Source: Clostridia bacterium
GTDB taxonomy: Bacteria > Bacillota > Clostridia > Christensenellales > Borkfalkiaceae
Length of the DNA stretch: 64,000 nt
Direction: 5' to 3'
NCBI GenBank assembly: GCA_024405475.1
Contig: JAKSOS010000001.1
Coordinates: 11,064-75,063, forward strand
The notes under the pieces were generated by a model. The model made no database searches, was not told the DNA's origin, and was given only the letters and a program-made list of their open reading frames with translations. The position numbers and the translations under genes were made by a program. Of this stretch, positions 25,324 through 35,672 are shown in pieces. The stretch's first letter is position 1. Each line of letters opens with the position of its first letter.

Positions 25324-26304
25324 ATGCAAACAGATATCAGACCGGAAAATATGAAAAGAATTACAAACAAAAAACTTGCGTTAAAATTCATTGACGAACA
25401 AGTTGAAGCCATCCGCAAACAAGTTGGAAAGAAAAAAGTTTTATTAGCTTTATCAGGTGGCGTTGACTCTTCGGTTTGCGCTGCACTTTTAATTAGGGCA
25501 ATAGGCAAAAAATTAACTTGCGTTCACGTTAATCACGGTTTACTCCGTAAAGGCGAACCTGAACAAGTTATTGAAGTTTTCCGCAACCAAATGGATGCCA
25601 ACTTGATTTACGTTGATGCTACCGATAGATTTTTAGATAAACTCGCTAAGGTATCCGACCCTGAAAAGAAGAGAAAGATTATAGGCGCAGAATTTATTGA
25701 AGTATTTAACGAAGAAGCAAAAAAATTAAAGGGAATTGATTTCCTTGCACAAGGTACGATTTACCCTGATATTTTAGAAAGCAAAGGCGTTAAAGCACAC
25801 CACAACGTAGGCGGACTTCCGGAAGGAATTACTTTCGGTTTAGTTGAACCACTTAAACTTTTATTTAAAGACGAAGTAAGAGTTGTTGGTAAAACGTTAG
25901 GTCTTCCTGACAATATGGTTTTCCGTCAACCTTTCCCAGGACCAGGATTAGGTGTTAGATGCGTTGGCGCTATAACGAGAGATAGACTTGAAGCAGTTAG
26001 AGAATCTGACGCTATTTTAAGAGAAGAATTTGATAAATGCGGTTTAGCAAAAAAAGTTTGGCAATACTTTACAGTTGTTCCACCTATTAAATCTACAGGC
26101 GTTAAAGACGGAGTTAGATACGAAGGTTGGCCTGTCGTTCTCCGTGCAGTTAACACAACTGACGCTATGAGTGCAACAGTTCAAGATATTCCGTTTAAGG
26201 TTTTACAAAAGATTACCGATAGAATATTAGCAGAAGTTAAGGGTGTAAACAGAGTTTTATACGATTTATCGCCAAAACCTGTTGCTACTATTGAATGGGA
26301 ATAA
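25324..26304 (+). CDS. guaA: GMP synthase ATP-pyrophosphatase/dimerisation module only (GuaA subunit-B-like, no GATase domain)
   Basis: PP-loop LALSGGVDSSV and a GuaA-specific C-terminus ending ...VATIEWE. The protein begins at the point where the ATP-PPase domain starts in fused GuaA. Start set to the ATG at 25324, behind GAAGGAG. The ORF-track TTG start lies within that SD. Confidence 0.85.
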   Translation: MQTDIRPENMKRITNKKLALKFIDEQVEAIRKQVGKKKVLLALSGGVDSSVCAALLIRAIGKKLTCVHVNHGLLRKGEPEQVIEVFRNQMDANLIYVDATDRFLDKLAKVSDPEKKRKIIGAEFIEVFNEEAKKLKGIDFLAQGTIYPDILESKGVKAHHNVGGLPEGITFGLVEPLKLLFKDEVRVVGKTLGLPDNMVFRQPFPGPGLGVRCVGAITRDRLEAVRESDAILREEFDKCGLAKKVWQYFTVVPPIKSTGVKDGVRYEGWPVVLRAVNTTDAMSATVQDIPFKVLQKITDRILAEVKGVNRVLYDLSPKPVATIEWE

Positions 26305-26324
26305 TAATTAGAAAAAGATAAAAG

Positions 26325-26358
26325 AAAAACAGCCTTGTTTTTACAAGGCTGTTTTTTT
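26325..26358. terminator. Bidirectional terminator between guaA and rny
   Basis: 13-bp stem aaaaacagccttg/caaggctgttttt with a 6-nt loop and T-runs on both strands. Confidence 0.8.
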
Positions 26359-26368
26359 GTTGTAATTT

Positions 26369-27979
26369 TTATTTTGCAAATTCGGTTGCACGCCATTCTC
26401 TAATTACGTTTACCTTAATTTGTCCCGGATATTCCATTTCTTGTTCAATCTTTTTAGCGATTTCTTTTGCCAAGAATAAAGTATCTGCGTCGTTTACTTG
26501 TTCAGGTTTTACCATAACTCTGACTTCTCTGCCTGCTTGAATTGCATAGCATTTTTCAACGCCCTTAAAGCTACTTGATATCTCTTCAAGTTTTTGTAAA
26601 CGCTTAATATAATTAGTTGTCGTTTCTCTTCTTGCACCGGGTCTTGCTCCGCTAATAGCATCTGCGGCGGCAACTAAAACGGCTTCAATACTCTTTGGCT
26701 CCACGTCACCGTGGTGAGATAAAATTGCATTTACAACCGTGTTGTTTTCTCTGAACTTCTTAGCAAGGTCTGCACCTATTTGCATGTGAGTTCCTTCCAC
26801 TTCAAAGTCAACTGCTTTTCCTAAATCGTGAAGTAAACCTGCACGCTTTGCCAAGGTTGCGTCAACACCTAATTCGTTAGCCATAACGCCTGCTAAATGC
26901 GATACTTCTATAGAATGCTTTAATACGTTCTGACCGTAGCTGGTACGGAATTTTAATCTGCCCAAAGTCTTAACGATTTCAGGGTGAAGACCGAATATTC
27001 CGCATTCAAACATAGCAGATTCGCCTGCTTCTTTAACTTGTTGATCAAGTTCTTTTTTAACTTTTTCAACTGTTTCTTCAATTCTTGCAGGGTGAATCCT
27101 TCCGTCTTGAATTAAACGCTCTAACGCTATTCTTGCCGTTTCTCTACGAACCGGATCAAAACCCGAAACGATAACTACTTCAGGTGTATCGTCTATTATA
27201 AGTTCAATACCCGTTGCGTTTTCAAGTGTTCTTATGTTTCTACCTTCTCTACCGATAATTCTTGCTTTCATATCGTCAGAAGGAAGCGGAACAACCGAAA
27301 CGGTGATTTCAGTAGCTTGTTCGGTACTGCATTTTTGAATAGCAAGGCTTACGATTTCTCTCGCCTTTCTTTCCCCTTCTTCTTTTGCTTCGGCTTCTAT
27401 ATTTCTTACCGTACCTGCTGCATCACGCTTTGCTTCGTCGGTTATTGCGCTAATAAGTTGAGCCTTTGCTTCTTCCTTAGACATTTGAGAAATTCTTTCA
27501 AACTCTTTAACCATCTTTTCGTGTTGTAAAGAAATATCTTCAAGTTTTTTATCTAACTCAATTTGTTTTTCCTTTAACGCATTTTGTTGACGGGTTGTTT
27601 CTTCGTTTCTCTTGATAAGACTTTCTTCTTTCTTATCTAACGTCTCTTCTTTTTGATTAAGTCTGTTTTCCGTTCTTTGAAGTTCTATACGCTTTTCTTT
27701 CGTTTCTCTTTCAAAGTCATTACGGATTTTTAACTCCTGTTCTTTCGCTTCTAAAATAGCCTCTTTCTTAATCTTTTCGCTTTCTTTTACTGCTTCGGAA
27801 CGCAATTCTTCCTTCCACTTTTCAAGACTGCCGTTTTCTTTTTCAAAAGACTTTTTCTTTAATATCCCACCGAAAATAAATCCTGCAACTGCAAGGATTA
27901 ACGCAACTACAAAACCTATTAAAAGTCCCGTAGTGCCGGTTAGTGCTAGGAACAGGGAGCAAATTTGATTAGTTTGCAT
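26369..27979 (-). CDS. rny: Ribonuclease Y
   Basis: N-terminal TM helix, long E/K coiled coil, KH domain ([13 protein letters not shown]) and HD domain (LLHDLGKA). Conserved position downstream of recA. Confidence 0.95.
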   Translation of the reverse strand: MQTNQICSLFLALTGTTGLLIGFVVALILAVAGFIFGGILKKKSFEKENGSLEKWKEELRSEAVKESEKIKKEAILEAKEQELKIRNDFERETKEKRIELQRTENRLNQKEETLDKKEESLIKRNEETTRQQNALKEKQIELDKKLEDISLQHEKMVKEFERISQMSKEEAKAQLISAITDEAKRDAAGTVRNIEAEAKEEGERKAREIVSLAIQKCSTEQATEITVSVVPLPSDDMKARIIGREGRNIRTLENATGIELIIDDTPEVVIVSGFDPVRRETARIALERLIQDGRIHPARIEETVEKVKKELDQQVKEAGESAMFECGIFGLHPEIVKTLGRLKFRTSYGQNVLKHSIEVSHLAGVMANELGVDATLAKRAGLLHDLGKAVDFEVEGTHMQIGADLAKKFRENNTVVNAILSHHGDVEPKSIEAVLVAAADAISGARPGARRETTTNYIKRLQKLEEISSSFKGVEKCYAIQAGREVRVMVKPEQVNDADTLFLAKEIAKKIEQEMEYPGQIKVNVIREWRATEFAK

Positions 27980-28042
27980 TTTTAATGCCCTCCTGTTTTT
28001 ATTTTAAGTGTTAATGAATTTTCACCATTACTTACTTATTTT

Positions 28043-28071
28043 ATTATATAACAATTTTGACTAAAAGTCAA
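28043..28071 (-). promoter_or_regulatory. Putative SigA promoter for rny
   Basis: On the minus strand: TTGACT (28066-28071), 17-nt spacer, TATAAT (28043-28048). The -35 sits inside a short hairpin that could also act as a weak recA terminator. Confidence 0.4.
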
Positions 28072-28074
28072 AGA

Positions 28075-29082
28075 TTATTTTCCTTCTTTACTCTTATCCT
28101 TAAAAGCCGACAAAATCTTATCCTTAACTTCTTCGGCTACTTGTGGATTAGTTTCTAAATATTCAACTGCCTTTTCTCTGCCTTGAGCAATTTTTTCGCC
28201 ATTATAAGAAAACCATGCGCCACTCTTTTCTAAAATGCCGTATTCAACGCCTAAATCAATTAAGCAACTTCCGTTTGAAATGCCCTTGCCGAATATAATA
28301 TCAAATTCAGCCGTCTTAAACGGTGGAGCAACTTTATTCTTAACAATCTTTGCCTTTGTATGGCAACCGTATGCGCCGTCAGTATCTTTTAATGCGTCTG
28401 ACTTCCTTACGTCAATTCTAACGCTTGCATAGAACTTTAATGCTTTGCCACCTGCCGTAACTTCAGGATTTCCAAACATTACGCCAACCTTTTCACGAAG
28501 TTGATTGATAAAAATAATACACGTCTTTGACTTTGACGTTATTGCAGTTAATTTTCTTAACGCTTGACTCATAAGTCTTGCTTGTAAGCCTACGTGAGCA
28601 TCTCCCATATCCCCTTCAATTTCTGCTTTTGGAGTTAATGCGGCAACGGAGTCAACAACGATTATATCAACTGCCTTACTTGCAACAAGTGAAGCCGTTA
28701 TATCTAACGCTTGCTCGCCGTTATCAGGTTGAGAAACGTAAAGTTCGTCTAAATTAACGCCCAAATTTTTTGCATACGTAGGGTCTAATGCGTGTTCTGC
28801 GTCAATAAACGCTGCAACGCCACCTGACTTTTGCGTTTCTGCTATACAGTGAAGTGCAACCGTCGTTTTACCTGAAGATTCAGGTCCGTATATTTCAATA
28901 ATTCTTCCACGTGGAAGTCCGCCGACACCGATTGCCAAGTCTAATGATAAACACCCCGTAGGCAAAACTTCTATGCCTTCGTCTGCGGCTTGTTTTCCAA
29001 GTCTCATTATTGCACCTTTTCCGTATTGCTTTTCAATTTGAGACATTACTCCATCTAAAGCTTTTAATTTATTTTCATCCAT
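28075..29082 (-). CDS. recA: Recombinase RecA
   Basis: Walker [10 protein letters not shown] plus the FIDAEHALD and [19 protein letters not shown] blocks. Confidence 0.97.
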   Translation of the reverse strand: MDENKLKALDGVMSQIEKQYGKGAIMRLGKQAADEGIEVLPTGCLSLDLAIGVGGLPRGRIIEIYGPESSGKTTVALHCIAETQKSGGVAAFIDAEHALDPTYAKNLGVNLDELYVSQPDNGEQALDITASLVASKAVDIIVVDSVAALTPKAEIEGDMGDAHVGLQARLMSQALRKLTAITSKSKTCIIFINQLREKVGVMFGNPEVTAGGKALKFYASVRIDVRKSDALKDTDGAYGCHTKAKIVKNKVAPPFKTAEFDIIFGKGISNGSCLIDLGVEYGILEKSGAWFSYNGEKIAQGREKAVEYLETNPQVAEEVKDKILSAFKDKSKEGK

Positions 29083-29097
29083 TTGTTTTTCCTCTTT

Positions 29098-30234
29098 TTA
29101 CATCTTTTTTAATTTTTTTATTGCAAGAAACATTGCCGTGTTTTTGGCCGTTTCCGTAATTTCTTCTCTATCGCCTTTTAGGTTAAACTTATACGTGTGA
29201 ATCCCTTCAAACGTTCCTACTGCTATATAACATAATCCAACCGGTTTATTTGTATCGTCGCTTTTAGGTCCAGCTATTCCCGTGGTCGCAATCGCTATAT
29301 CGCAATTTCCTGCCCTTAATAACCCCAACGCCATTTGATACGCCACTATTGAACTCACCGCACCATCTTTTTCCAAATCTTCTTTTACTACGTTCAATCT
29401 GTGATTTTTACTGTAATTGCTATATGATACTATCCCTTCGTTAAACACTTCCGATGCACCGGAGTTCTTTATAATATTAAATGCTATTCTTCCACCTGTA
29501 AAAGATTCCGCACAAGACATTTTTAACTTTTTTAATTTTAATAAATCAAATAATCTCGTTGACAATTCTTCATCACTTTCTGCATAAATATATTCCTGCA
29601 AATTAGTGATTAAAAATCTTAAAACTTCTCTCACTTCACTTTGCTCTAAAAGTGAAAAATCAAAAACCACTTTACTATCTCCGTTCCTATACGTAATATC
29701 GTATCCGAAATTTTTTGATACTAAACTTTTTGCCTGCTCTAACGTTTGCATCAACAAACTTTGCTCGCCAAAATATTTTAGTATAGTTCTGCTCGTTTTA
29801 ATATTGTACTTTTTCTCCAAATACGGAAAAACGGTTTTTGATAAGTTGTTTACAATATCGTCTTTTTTTACTACGGCTATAACTTTTTCTTTATATTCTG
29901 TAACAAAACAAAAATTGTTTAACTCTTCCTTTTCATTAAAACAAATCCTGTTTACCACTTCTTCTGCGTTTATATCTGCAAAGGAAGTTGTGTTCGTTAA
30001 AACGTCAATCGTTTTCTTTACGTCAAATTCACAATTATCTAAAACGATAAAAATATTATCGCAAGAATCAACAAGATTTTCAATTCTGTTTAGAAGTCCG
30101 TTTTTATCGTTTTTGTTTATTGCACAAAAACTGTCTATCTTAAATCCGCCGTTAGCTAAATACGACAAGTATTTTTGAAAATCAATATTCTCTTCTTTTC
30201 CGAAATCAAAAAAAGTTATAAGTGAATTTTTCAT
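29098..30234 (-). CDS. cinA: CinA-family protein with PncC-like (nicotinamide-nucleotide amidase) C-terminal domain and degenerate N-terminal domain
   Basis: The C-terminal 155 aa carry CAESFTGG...GAVS...ATTGIAGP. Sits in the conserved pgsA-cinA-recA position. The N-terminal half lacks the MoCF-type GTELL/GGLGPT motifs. Confidence 0.75.
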   Translation of the reverse strand: MKNSLITFFDFGKEENIDFQKYLSYLANGGFKIDSFCAINKNDKNGLLNRIENLVDSCDNIFIVLDNCEFDVKKTIDVLTNTTSFADINAEEVVNRICFNEKEELNNFCFVTEYKEKVIAVVKKDDIVNNLSKTVFPYLEKKYNIKTSRTILKYFGEQSLLMQTLEQAKSLVSKNFGYDITYRNGDSKVVFDFSLLEQSEVREVLRFLITNLQEYIYAESDEELSTRLFDLLKLKKLKMSCAESFTGGRIAFNIIKNSGASEVFNEGIVSYSNYSKNHRLNVVKEDLEKDGAVSSIVAYQMALGLLRAGNCDIAIATTGIAGPKSDDTNKPVGLCYIAVGTFEGIHTYKFNLKGDREEITETAKNTAMFLAIKKLKKM

Positions 30235-30827
30235 TATTTACTTGATAAAACATCCTTATTTTTAAGTAAACACTCTAATCCTGAAATAACGGTAAGCAAA
30301 ACCGAAATCCAGAAGAAAACGTTTCCTATAATAAACAAAACGTTAACTAGAGGAGTCATTCCCAACTGATTGATAAGTTCAAATACAACAAGTAAGAAAA
30401 CAACCGTTATATCTTGTGAAGTCGTTTTAAACTTCCCAGACCAAATTGCCGCTAAGACTTTCCCTTTTGATGCAGCAATCATTCTGAAAGCACTTACGAT
30501 AAACTCTCTCGCTAAAATTACGATAACGCCTAACGAAGTGTACCACGGAAGCATAATTTGTTTTTCGCATGGAGGACAAATAATCATAATCACGTAAGCT
30601 GAAGCGACTAAAATCTTATCAGCAATAGGATCTAAAAACTTACCGAAATCAGTAATTAAATTGTATTTTCTCGCTATGTATCCATCTAATAAATCGGTGA
30701 TAGAAGCAATAATAAATATTGCAAGTGATATTGCAAATCTATATGGAATTGCAGGTATTACATATACTGCTAAAAAAATCGGAATTAAGATAACTCTTAA
30801 AATCGTAAGCTTATTTGGTAAATTCAT
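30234..30827 (-). CDS. pgsA: CDP-diacylglycerol--glycerol-3-phosphate 3-phosphatidyltransferase
   Basis: CDP-alcohol phosphatidyltransferase motif DLLDGYIARKYNLITDFGKFLDPIADK in a 197-aa membrane protein. Confidence 0.9.
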   Translation of the reverse strand: MNLPNKLTILRVILIPIFLAVYVIPAIPYRFAISLAIFIIASITDLLDGYIARKYNLITDFGKFLDPIADKILVASAYVIMIICPPCEKQIMLPWYTSLGVIVILAREFIVSAFRMIAASKGKVLAAIWSGKFKTTSQDITVVFLLVVFELINQLGMTPLVNVLFIIGNVFFWISVLLTVISGLECLLKNKDVLSSK

Positions 30828-30828
30828 T

Positions 30829-32151
30829 TTAATCTCCTTCTAACTCGCCAAAAAGGTCATACCCTTTTGCTCGCTTTATCCTAACGTTCACACTTTCGTA
30901 TAAACACAAATTTTTATTTGTCTTGAAAAATATTTTTCCATCTACGTCGGGCGCATTAAAATATGCCCTGCCATAGTATTCGTTCGTATATTCGTTATAG
31001 CCTTCTACGTTTACCTTGAAAATTTTATTTTTTAATGCTAAACCGTTTTCTTTAACCACCTGTTTTTGAGTAGCATATAAAGTTTTTAATCTGATATTTT
31101 TTTCCTTTTCGGAAACCTGATTATCTAACTTGTAGGAAGGTGTGTCTTCTTCTCTGCTGTACTTAAAAAATCCCACGTTGAACAGCTTTGCTTTTTTTAT
31201 AAACTCCACAAGATTATTAAAAGCCTTTTCGTCTTCACCCGGAAATCCAGTCATAAACGTTGAGCGAATTGCTATTCCGAAAACTTCTCTTTTTAATTTT
31301 TCAATTAAACTTAAATAGCCATCAAAAGTGCCTTGTCTATTCATAAGTTTAAGTACTTTATCATCTGCGTGTTGCAACGGAATATCAATGTATCTTATCA
31401 TTTTTGCGTTGCATTGAAATTCATGAATAAGCTCGTCCGTAATATTTTCGGGATAACAATAAAGTAGTCTTATTCCGAAAACGTTTTCTAATGCGGAAAG
31501 CTTTCTGATAAGTTCCACTAAACTTGTTTTAGGCGTTAAATCAAAACCGTATTTCGTGGTGTCTTGTGCGACTAAAATTAACTCTTTTACAGTTCCTATC
31601 CTTTTAACTTCTTCTATTAAATCGTCCGTTTTTATTGAACGATATTTTCCACGAATTTTTGGAATTAAACAATATGTACAATGATTAGAACAACCGTCCG
31701 CAATTTTTAAATAAGCATATCCGTCTGTCGTTAAAGTTCTATCAATTAACTTTTCGTTTTTAGCTTCGCCGACGGCGTTAACTCTTTCGCCTTTATATAT
31801 TCTGTCTATAACGGAAAGTATTTCGGTATAATCGGATACGCCCAAAAATGCGTCAACTTCAACTAATTCAGAAAAAATATCGTCTATAAACTTTTGTGGC
31901 AAACAACCTGTAACGATTATCTTTTTCACATTTCCCGTTTGCTTTAATTTTACGGCATTAAATATTTCCGATATTGCTTCTTTTCTCGCACTTTCTAAAA
32001 AAGCACAAGTGTTTATAACGATTATTTCCGCCTTTTCTTGATCGTTTACTATAATGTGATTTTGCCTTAGTAAAAAAATCATTTTTTCGGTGTCAACTCT
32101 ATTCTTATCGCACCCTAATGAAATAATCCCTATCTTTTTGTTTTTAATCAT
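30829..32151 (-). CDS. rimO: Ribosomal protein S12 methylthiotransferase RimO
   Basis: MTTase N-terminal domain (SLGCDKN...NTCAF), radical-SAM motif CSNHCTYCLIP and a C-terminal TRAM-like domain. Conserved synteny with pgsA. Confidence 0.85.
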   Translation of the reverse strand: MIKNKKIGIISLGCDKNRVDTEKMIFLLRQNHIIVNDQEKAEIIVINTCAFLESARKEAISEIFNAVKLKQTGNVKKIIVTGCLPQKFIDDIFSELVEVDAFLGVSDYTEILSVIDRIYKGERVNAVGEAKNEKLIDRTLTTDGYAYLKIADGCSNHCTYCLIPKIRGKYRSIKTDDLIEEVKRIGTVKELILVAQDTTKYGFDLTPKTSLVELIRKLSALENVFGIRLLYCYPENITDELIHEFQCNAKMIRYIDIPLQHADDKVLKLMNRQGTFDGYLSLIEKLKREVFGIAIRSTFMTGFPGEDEKAFNNLVEFIKKAKLFNVGFFKYSREEDTPSYKLDNQVSEKEKNIRLKTLYATQKQVVKENGLALKNKIFKVNVEGYNEYTNEYYGRAYFNAPDVDGKIFFKTNKNLCLYESVNVRIKRAKGYDLFGELEGD

Positions 32152-32157
32152 ATTTTA

Positions 32158-35118
32158 TCAATAGTATTCAGAACCGTTTATAGTTCCGTATTTTTGTTCA
32201 AATTCTTCCTTAGAAAGTAAAACTTGTCTTGGTTTTGCACCGTCTTTTGCAGAGACATATCCTAATCTTTCCATTTCGTCAACTAAACTTCCTGCCCTTG
32301 AATAACCTATTCTGAATTTTCTTTGTAGGTACGAAGAAGTAATATATCCCGTACTTACTGCAAGCCACAACGCCTTAACAAAGAACTCGTCACTTTCTAT
32401 AGAGAAATCGTCTTCGCCATCCATAAACTCGTCATTTTCTTCTACTTTCGGTTTTGTTTCTTTATCTAAGTATTGTGCCAAACCGTCGTCAAAATAAGCG
32501 GTATTGTGATCTCTTATATAGCTGACTACGTTATGAATTTCTTGATCGCTAATCCATGCGCCTTGATATCTTTCAAATTCAGGCATTGACGAATTCTTAT
32601 AAAGCATATCGCCGTTTCCCAAAAGTTTTTCAGCACCTGCTTCACCTAAAATAGTTTGCGAATCGTTGAAGTTCATAACTTTAAGTGCGATTCTTGACGG
32701 AAGGTTAGCTTTGATAGTGCCGGTAATAATATCTACTGACGGTCTTTGCGTTGCTAATACCAAATGAATACCTGCCGCTCTTGCCTTTTGTGCAAGCATT
32801 CTGATTTTAGAATCCATATCTTTTTTACACGTTTCCATTAAATCGGCAAGCTCATCTACGATAATAACGATTCTCGGCATCTTTGCAACTTTGCTTGACG
32901 CAATCCTTTGATTATAACCTTCTATATCGCTTATAACTTCGGTACATTCTTCAAACATTTTGTATCTTCTTTCCATCTCTTCGTATGCCCAAGTTAAAAC
33001 TGCTAAAACTCTTTGAGGTTCGGTGATAATTTCATCAATTAAAAGATGTGGTAAATGTTCGTAACATCTGAATCCTACACGCTTCGGGTCAACTAAAATA
33101 AACCTTAACTCTTCCGGACTATATCTCATTATCAAACTTACGATCATAACATTAAGACATACACTCTTACCTGAACCCGTTGCACCTGCAACAAGGAAGT
33201 GTGGACCTTTCGCTAAATTGTCAGTTATTGCGTTGCCGACTATATCTTTCCCTAATGCGAACATAAGTGAACCAGGCTTGCATTTTTTCGTTGAAGCAAG
33301 CTCTAAAACTTCTTTTATTCCTACCGTTATAGGGTGCTTATTCGCAACTTCAATTCCGACAAGGTTTTTGCCCGGAATAGGCGCTTCTATTCTTACGCCG
33401 TTTTTAGATGCAAGTCTCATACGCAAGTCGTTATCGTATTTTAAAACGTTGTTTACGGATACACCTGCCGGCATCATTATTTCATATCTCGTTATTGAAG
33501 GTCCTTGTACGTAGCCCTGTGGCTCCGCAAAAATCTTAAAGTCGCTTAAAGTTTGTTTTATAATCTCTTGCTTTTCTGCATGATTTTCTTCAGCTTCGTC
33601 AAACGCCATCTTATGAGATTCAAGTAAATCAAGTGGCGGAGCAAAATACTCTCTGTTTATCGGAATAGGCGGTTTTTCTTCTATAACCTTTTCTTTTATT
33701 TCTTCTTTTACTTCCTTCTTAACTTCTTTTCTCTCAAAAATAGAAGGCTTGATTTCTTCACTTACTTTATTTTCACTTGTAGGCATTTTTTGTTCAAGTG
33801 AAATTGTTTCTTCTGATTTTTTACTATTTGAAAAATCAAACTTGCTTATATTTGATTCGGGAATTATCTCTTCTATATCTTTGTTTTCAACACTTTCTTT
33901 CGTTTTATCTTCAAAGATATTTATAGACTTATTTTCAAAACTGACAGGTCTTTCAATTTCGGTTTTTTCTTCCGGCTTGATATTAATTTCGTCGTTTACG
34001 CTTGCATATTTTTCTGCAAATAATTTTGCTCTATTACTCGTCTCGTCCGATGCGCTATCGTCTTTAACTTCGTTGTGTTCAAAAAGCGGAATCTCTTTTT
34101 GTGTTTCCTTTTCCGTTTGTTGTTCTTCTTGCGGTTGTTTCTCTAACGGAATATAATTAGATATCGTAGTTGCTCCGTTATCGTTAGAAACTTCGCCACT
34201 TGCAGGATTTATTACTTTATTGTCAAGATTTATTTTTGCAGGCATCTTGATGTATTCAATCTTTTTTTCTAAATCCTTAACGGTTTGCTCGGCAAAAGAA
34301 TTAGTTAATCTCGCTTTAACTAATCCGTTTTTATCTTTTGCTACTTTTATCTGTGGACTTTCTTTGTCTTTTAATTCTTTTTTCGTCTTAAAAGCAAAAT
34401 TGTCTTTTTGTAAAATGAAAAGTTTTGCCTTGCTCTCTTTTTCTACAACGTTTTCAACAACGGTGTTAACGGTATTGTCCGTTAAATTTTCGGTTTTTTC
34501 TATCGTTTGTTCTACGATAGTTTCACTCGTTTCGTTAAATGCTCCATTTGGAGTTTTAACTTCTTCTTTAGGCTTTTTTGCTTTTGATATATCGTTAATG
34601 AAAAAATAAACGCAAGAAGCAAAAAGCAATCCCAAAACGACGGCACCGCCGACAACCGAAAGTTTATTAAACCAAAACGAATAAAGTCCGGCAATAAAGC
34701 CACCTGCCGAAGAACTTTCAAATCCGTCTAACCCCATTTTATACGAATAAGATAAATATTCGTTAAAACTGCTTGCTTGTATATTTTTTAGTGAGATAAT
34801 ATGAAGCATTCCCACGATAGTTAGGAAAGCTAAATTAATAAGCAATTTCCTTTTGAAAGAAATTTTAGGTTTAATGTTAAAGATTAAAAATATTCCTTTG
34901 ATAAAGCCAAAAATAGTTACTGCAACTGCAACGTAACCGAACACTCCGTATAAAAAACCACCAATAAGCGTTCCTAATTTTCCAAAAACTTTATCCCAAG
35001 TGATTAAAAATATAAAACAAAGAGTAGAAAACAATAGCAAAACTGCACCAAAGGTTTCTTTGGTGAAAATGTTTGACATATTCTTTACTTCTTGATTTTT
35101 CTTTTTTGCCCTTTTCAA
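32158..35118 (-). CDS. ftsK: DNA translocase FtsK/SpoIIIE
   Basis: N-terminal TM helices and a long E/K/N-rich linker. Motor domain with Walker A GATGSGKS and IVDELADL. C-terminal gamma winged-helix (YLQRKFRIGYSRAGSLVDEME). Confidence 0.95.
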   Translation of the reverse strand: MKRAKKKNQEVKNMSNIFTKETFGAVLLLFSTLCFIFLITWDKVFGKLGTLIGGFLYGVFGYVAVAVTIFGFIKGIFLIFNIKPKISFKRKLLINLAFLTIVGMLHIISLKNIQASSFNEYLSYSYKMGLDGFESSSAGGFIAGLYSFWFNKLSVVGGAVVLGLLFASCVYFFINDISKAKKPKEEVKTPNGAFNETSETIVEQTIEKTENLTDNTVNTVVENVVEKESKAKLFILQKDNFAFKTKKELKDKESPQIKVAKDKNGLVKARLTNSFAEQTVKDLEKKIEYIKMPAKINLDNKVINPASGEVSNDNGATTISNYIPLEKQPQEEQQTEKETQKEIPLFEHNEVKDDSASDETSNRAKLFAEKYASVNDEINIKPEEKTEIERPVSFENKSINIFEDKTKESVENKDIEEIIPESNISKFDFSNSKKSEETISLEQKMPTSENKVSEEIKPSIFERKEVKKEVKEEIKEKVIEEKPPIPINREYFAPPLDLLESHKMAFDEAEENHAEKQEIIKQTLSDFKIFAEPQGYVQGPSITRYEIMMPAGVSVNNVLKYDNDLRMRLASKNGVRIEAPIPGKNLVGIEVANKHPITVGIKEVLELASTKKCKPGSLMFALGKDIVGNAITDNLAKGPHFLVAGATGSGKSVCLNVMIVSLIMRYSPEELRFILVDPKRVGFRCYEHLPHLLIDEIITEPQRVLAVLTWAYEEMERRYKMFEECTEVISDIEGYNQRIASSKVAKMPRIVIIVDELADLMETCKKDMDSKIRMLAQKARAAGIHLVLATQRPSVDIITGTIKANLPSRIALKVMNFNDSQTILGEAGAEKLLGNGDMLYKNSSMPEFERYQGAWISDQEIHNVVSYIRDHNTAYFDDGLAQYLDKETKPKVEENDEFMDGEDDFSIESDEFFVKALWLAVSTGYITSSYLQRKFRIGYSRAGSLVDEMERLGYVSAKDGAKPRQVLLSKEEFEQKYGTINGSEYY

Positions 35119-35228
35119 TGTAATACCCCAACTTTTCCTTATATGGTTATTATACCAAAAAGTAAAGTGGTTTACAATATTTTTTCTCTATTTTTTTAAA
35201 TTATTTTAAATAAATATAATATATATAA

Positions 35229-35561
35229 CTAATACCCCAAAAACTCAACGCTTTTAAGTAAAATTTCAAGTATTCTTTCATCTTTTAGAGAATACAGTAA
35301 AACCTTTCCTTGCCTTTTAAAAGTGACTATGTTCATCGTTTTAAGTAGCCTTAATTGATGAGAAATGGTAGTTTGATTCGTCTTTAATAATCTGGAAAGG
35401 TCTGAAACACACATCTCCGATATTGAAAGTGCAGAAATCATTTTTATTCTCGTGTAATCGGAAAAAACGGAAAAGAAGTTCACAATACTTTCCAACGCTT
35501 CCCCTTCCGGCACGTAATCTATTATCATATTTTGTAGTCTTTTATCTAACAATATGTTCAT
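35229..35561 (-). CDS. ArsR/SmtB-family transcriptional regulator
   Basis: 110 aa with a winged HTH: FFSVFSDYTRIKMISAL...MCVSDLSRLL...QTTISHQLRLLK. Confidence 0.8.
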   Translation of the reverse strand: MNILLDKRLQNMIIDYVPEGEALESIVNFFSVFSDYTRIKMISALSISEMCVSDLSRLLKTNQTTISHQLRLLKTMNIVTFKRQGKVLLYSLKDERILEILLKSVEFLGY

Positions 35562-35672
35562 TTTTTTTCTCCTTTCTGCATATAATTATTGTACATATAA
35601 TATAACTATTTGCTTTTATTTTTTTTGTATAAAAATGAAAAAAAGAGCATATTTTGTTAAAAAGGAGGAATT

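Noticed and set aside
29606-30178. 190-aa plus-strand ORF (and similar long antisense ORFs at 56916-57440, 33749-34156, 34220-34609, 13348-13713, 14374-14754, 36936-37292)
   Set aside because: Each lies entirely inside, and antisense to, a gene with clear family motifs (cinA, uvrB, ftsK, flxC, hdrA/mvhD, ylmC). Their translations are low-complexity and rich in Ser, Phe, Leu and Ile, as expected from the complement of Lys/Glu/Asn-rich AT-biased coding sequence. None has a recognisable SD or motif.
33708-34566. Low-complexity E/K/N-rich stretch in ftsK as a separate repeat element or inserted gene
   Set aside because: It stays in frame between the FtsK membrane domain and the motor domain. I saw no exact nucleotide repeats, which matches the variable linker typical of FtsK/SpoIIIE.
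35562-35672. Inverted repeat around TGTACA as an ArsR 12-2-12 operator
   Set aside because: Arm matching was only about 14 of 22 positions in nearly pure A/T sequence, which is indistinguishable from background.
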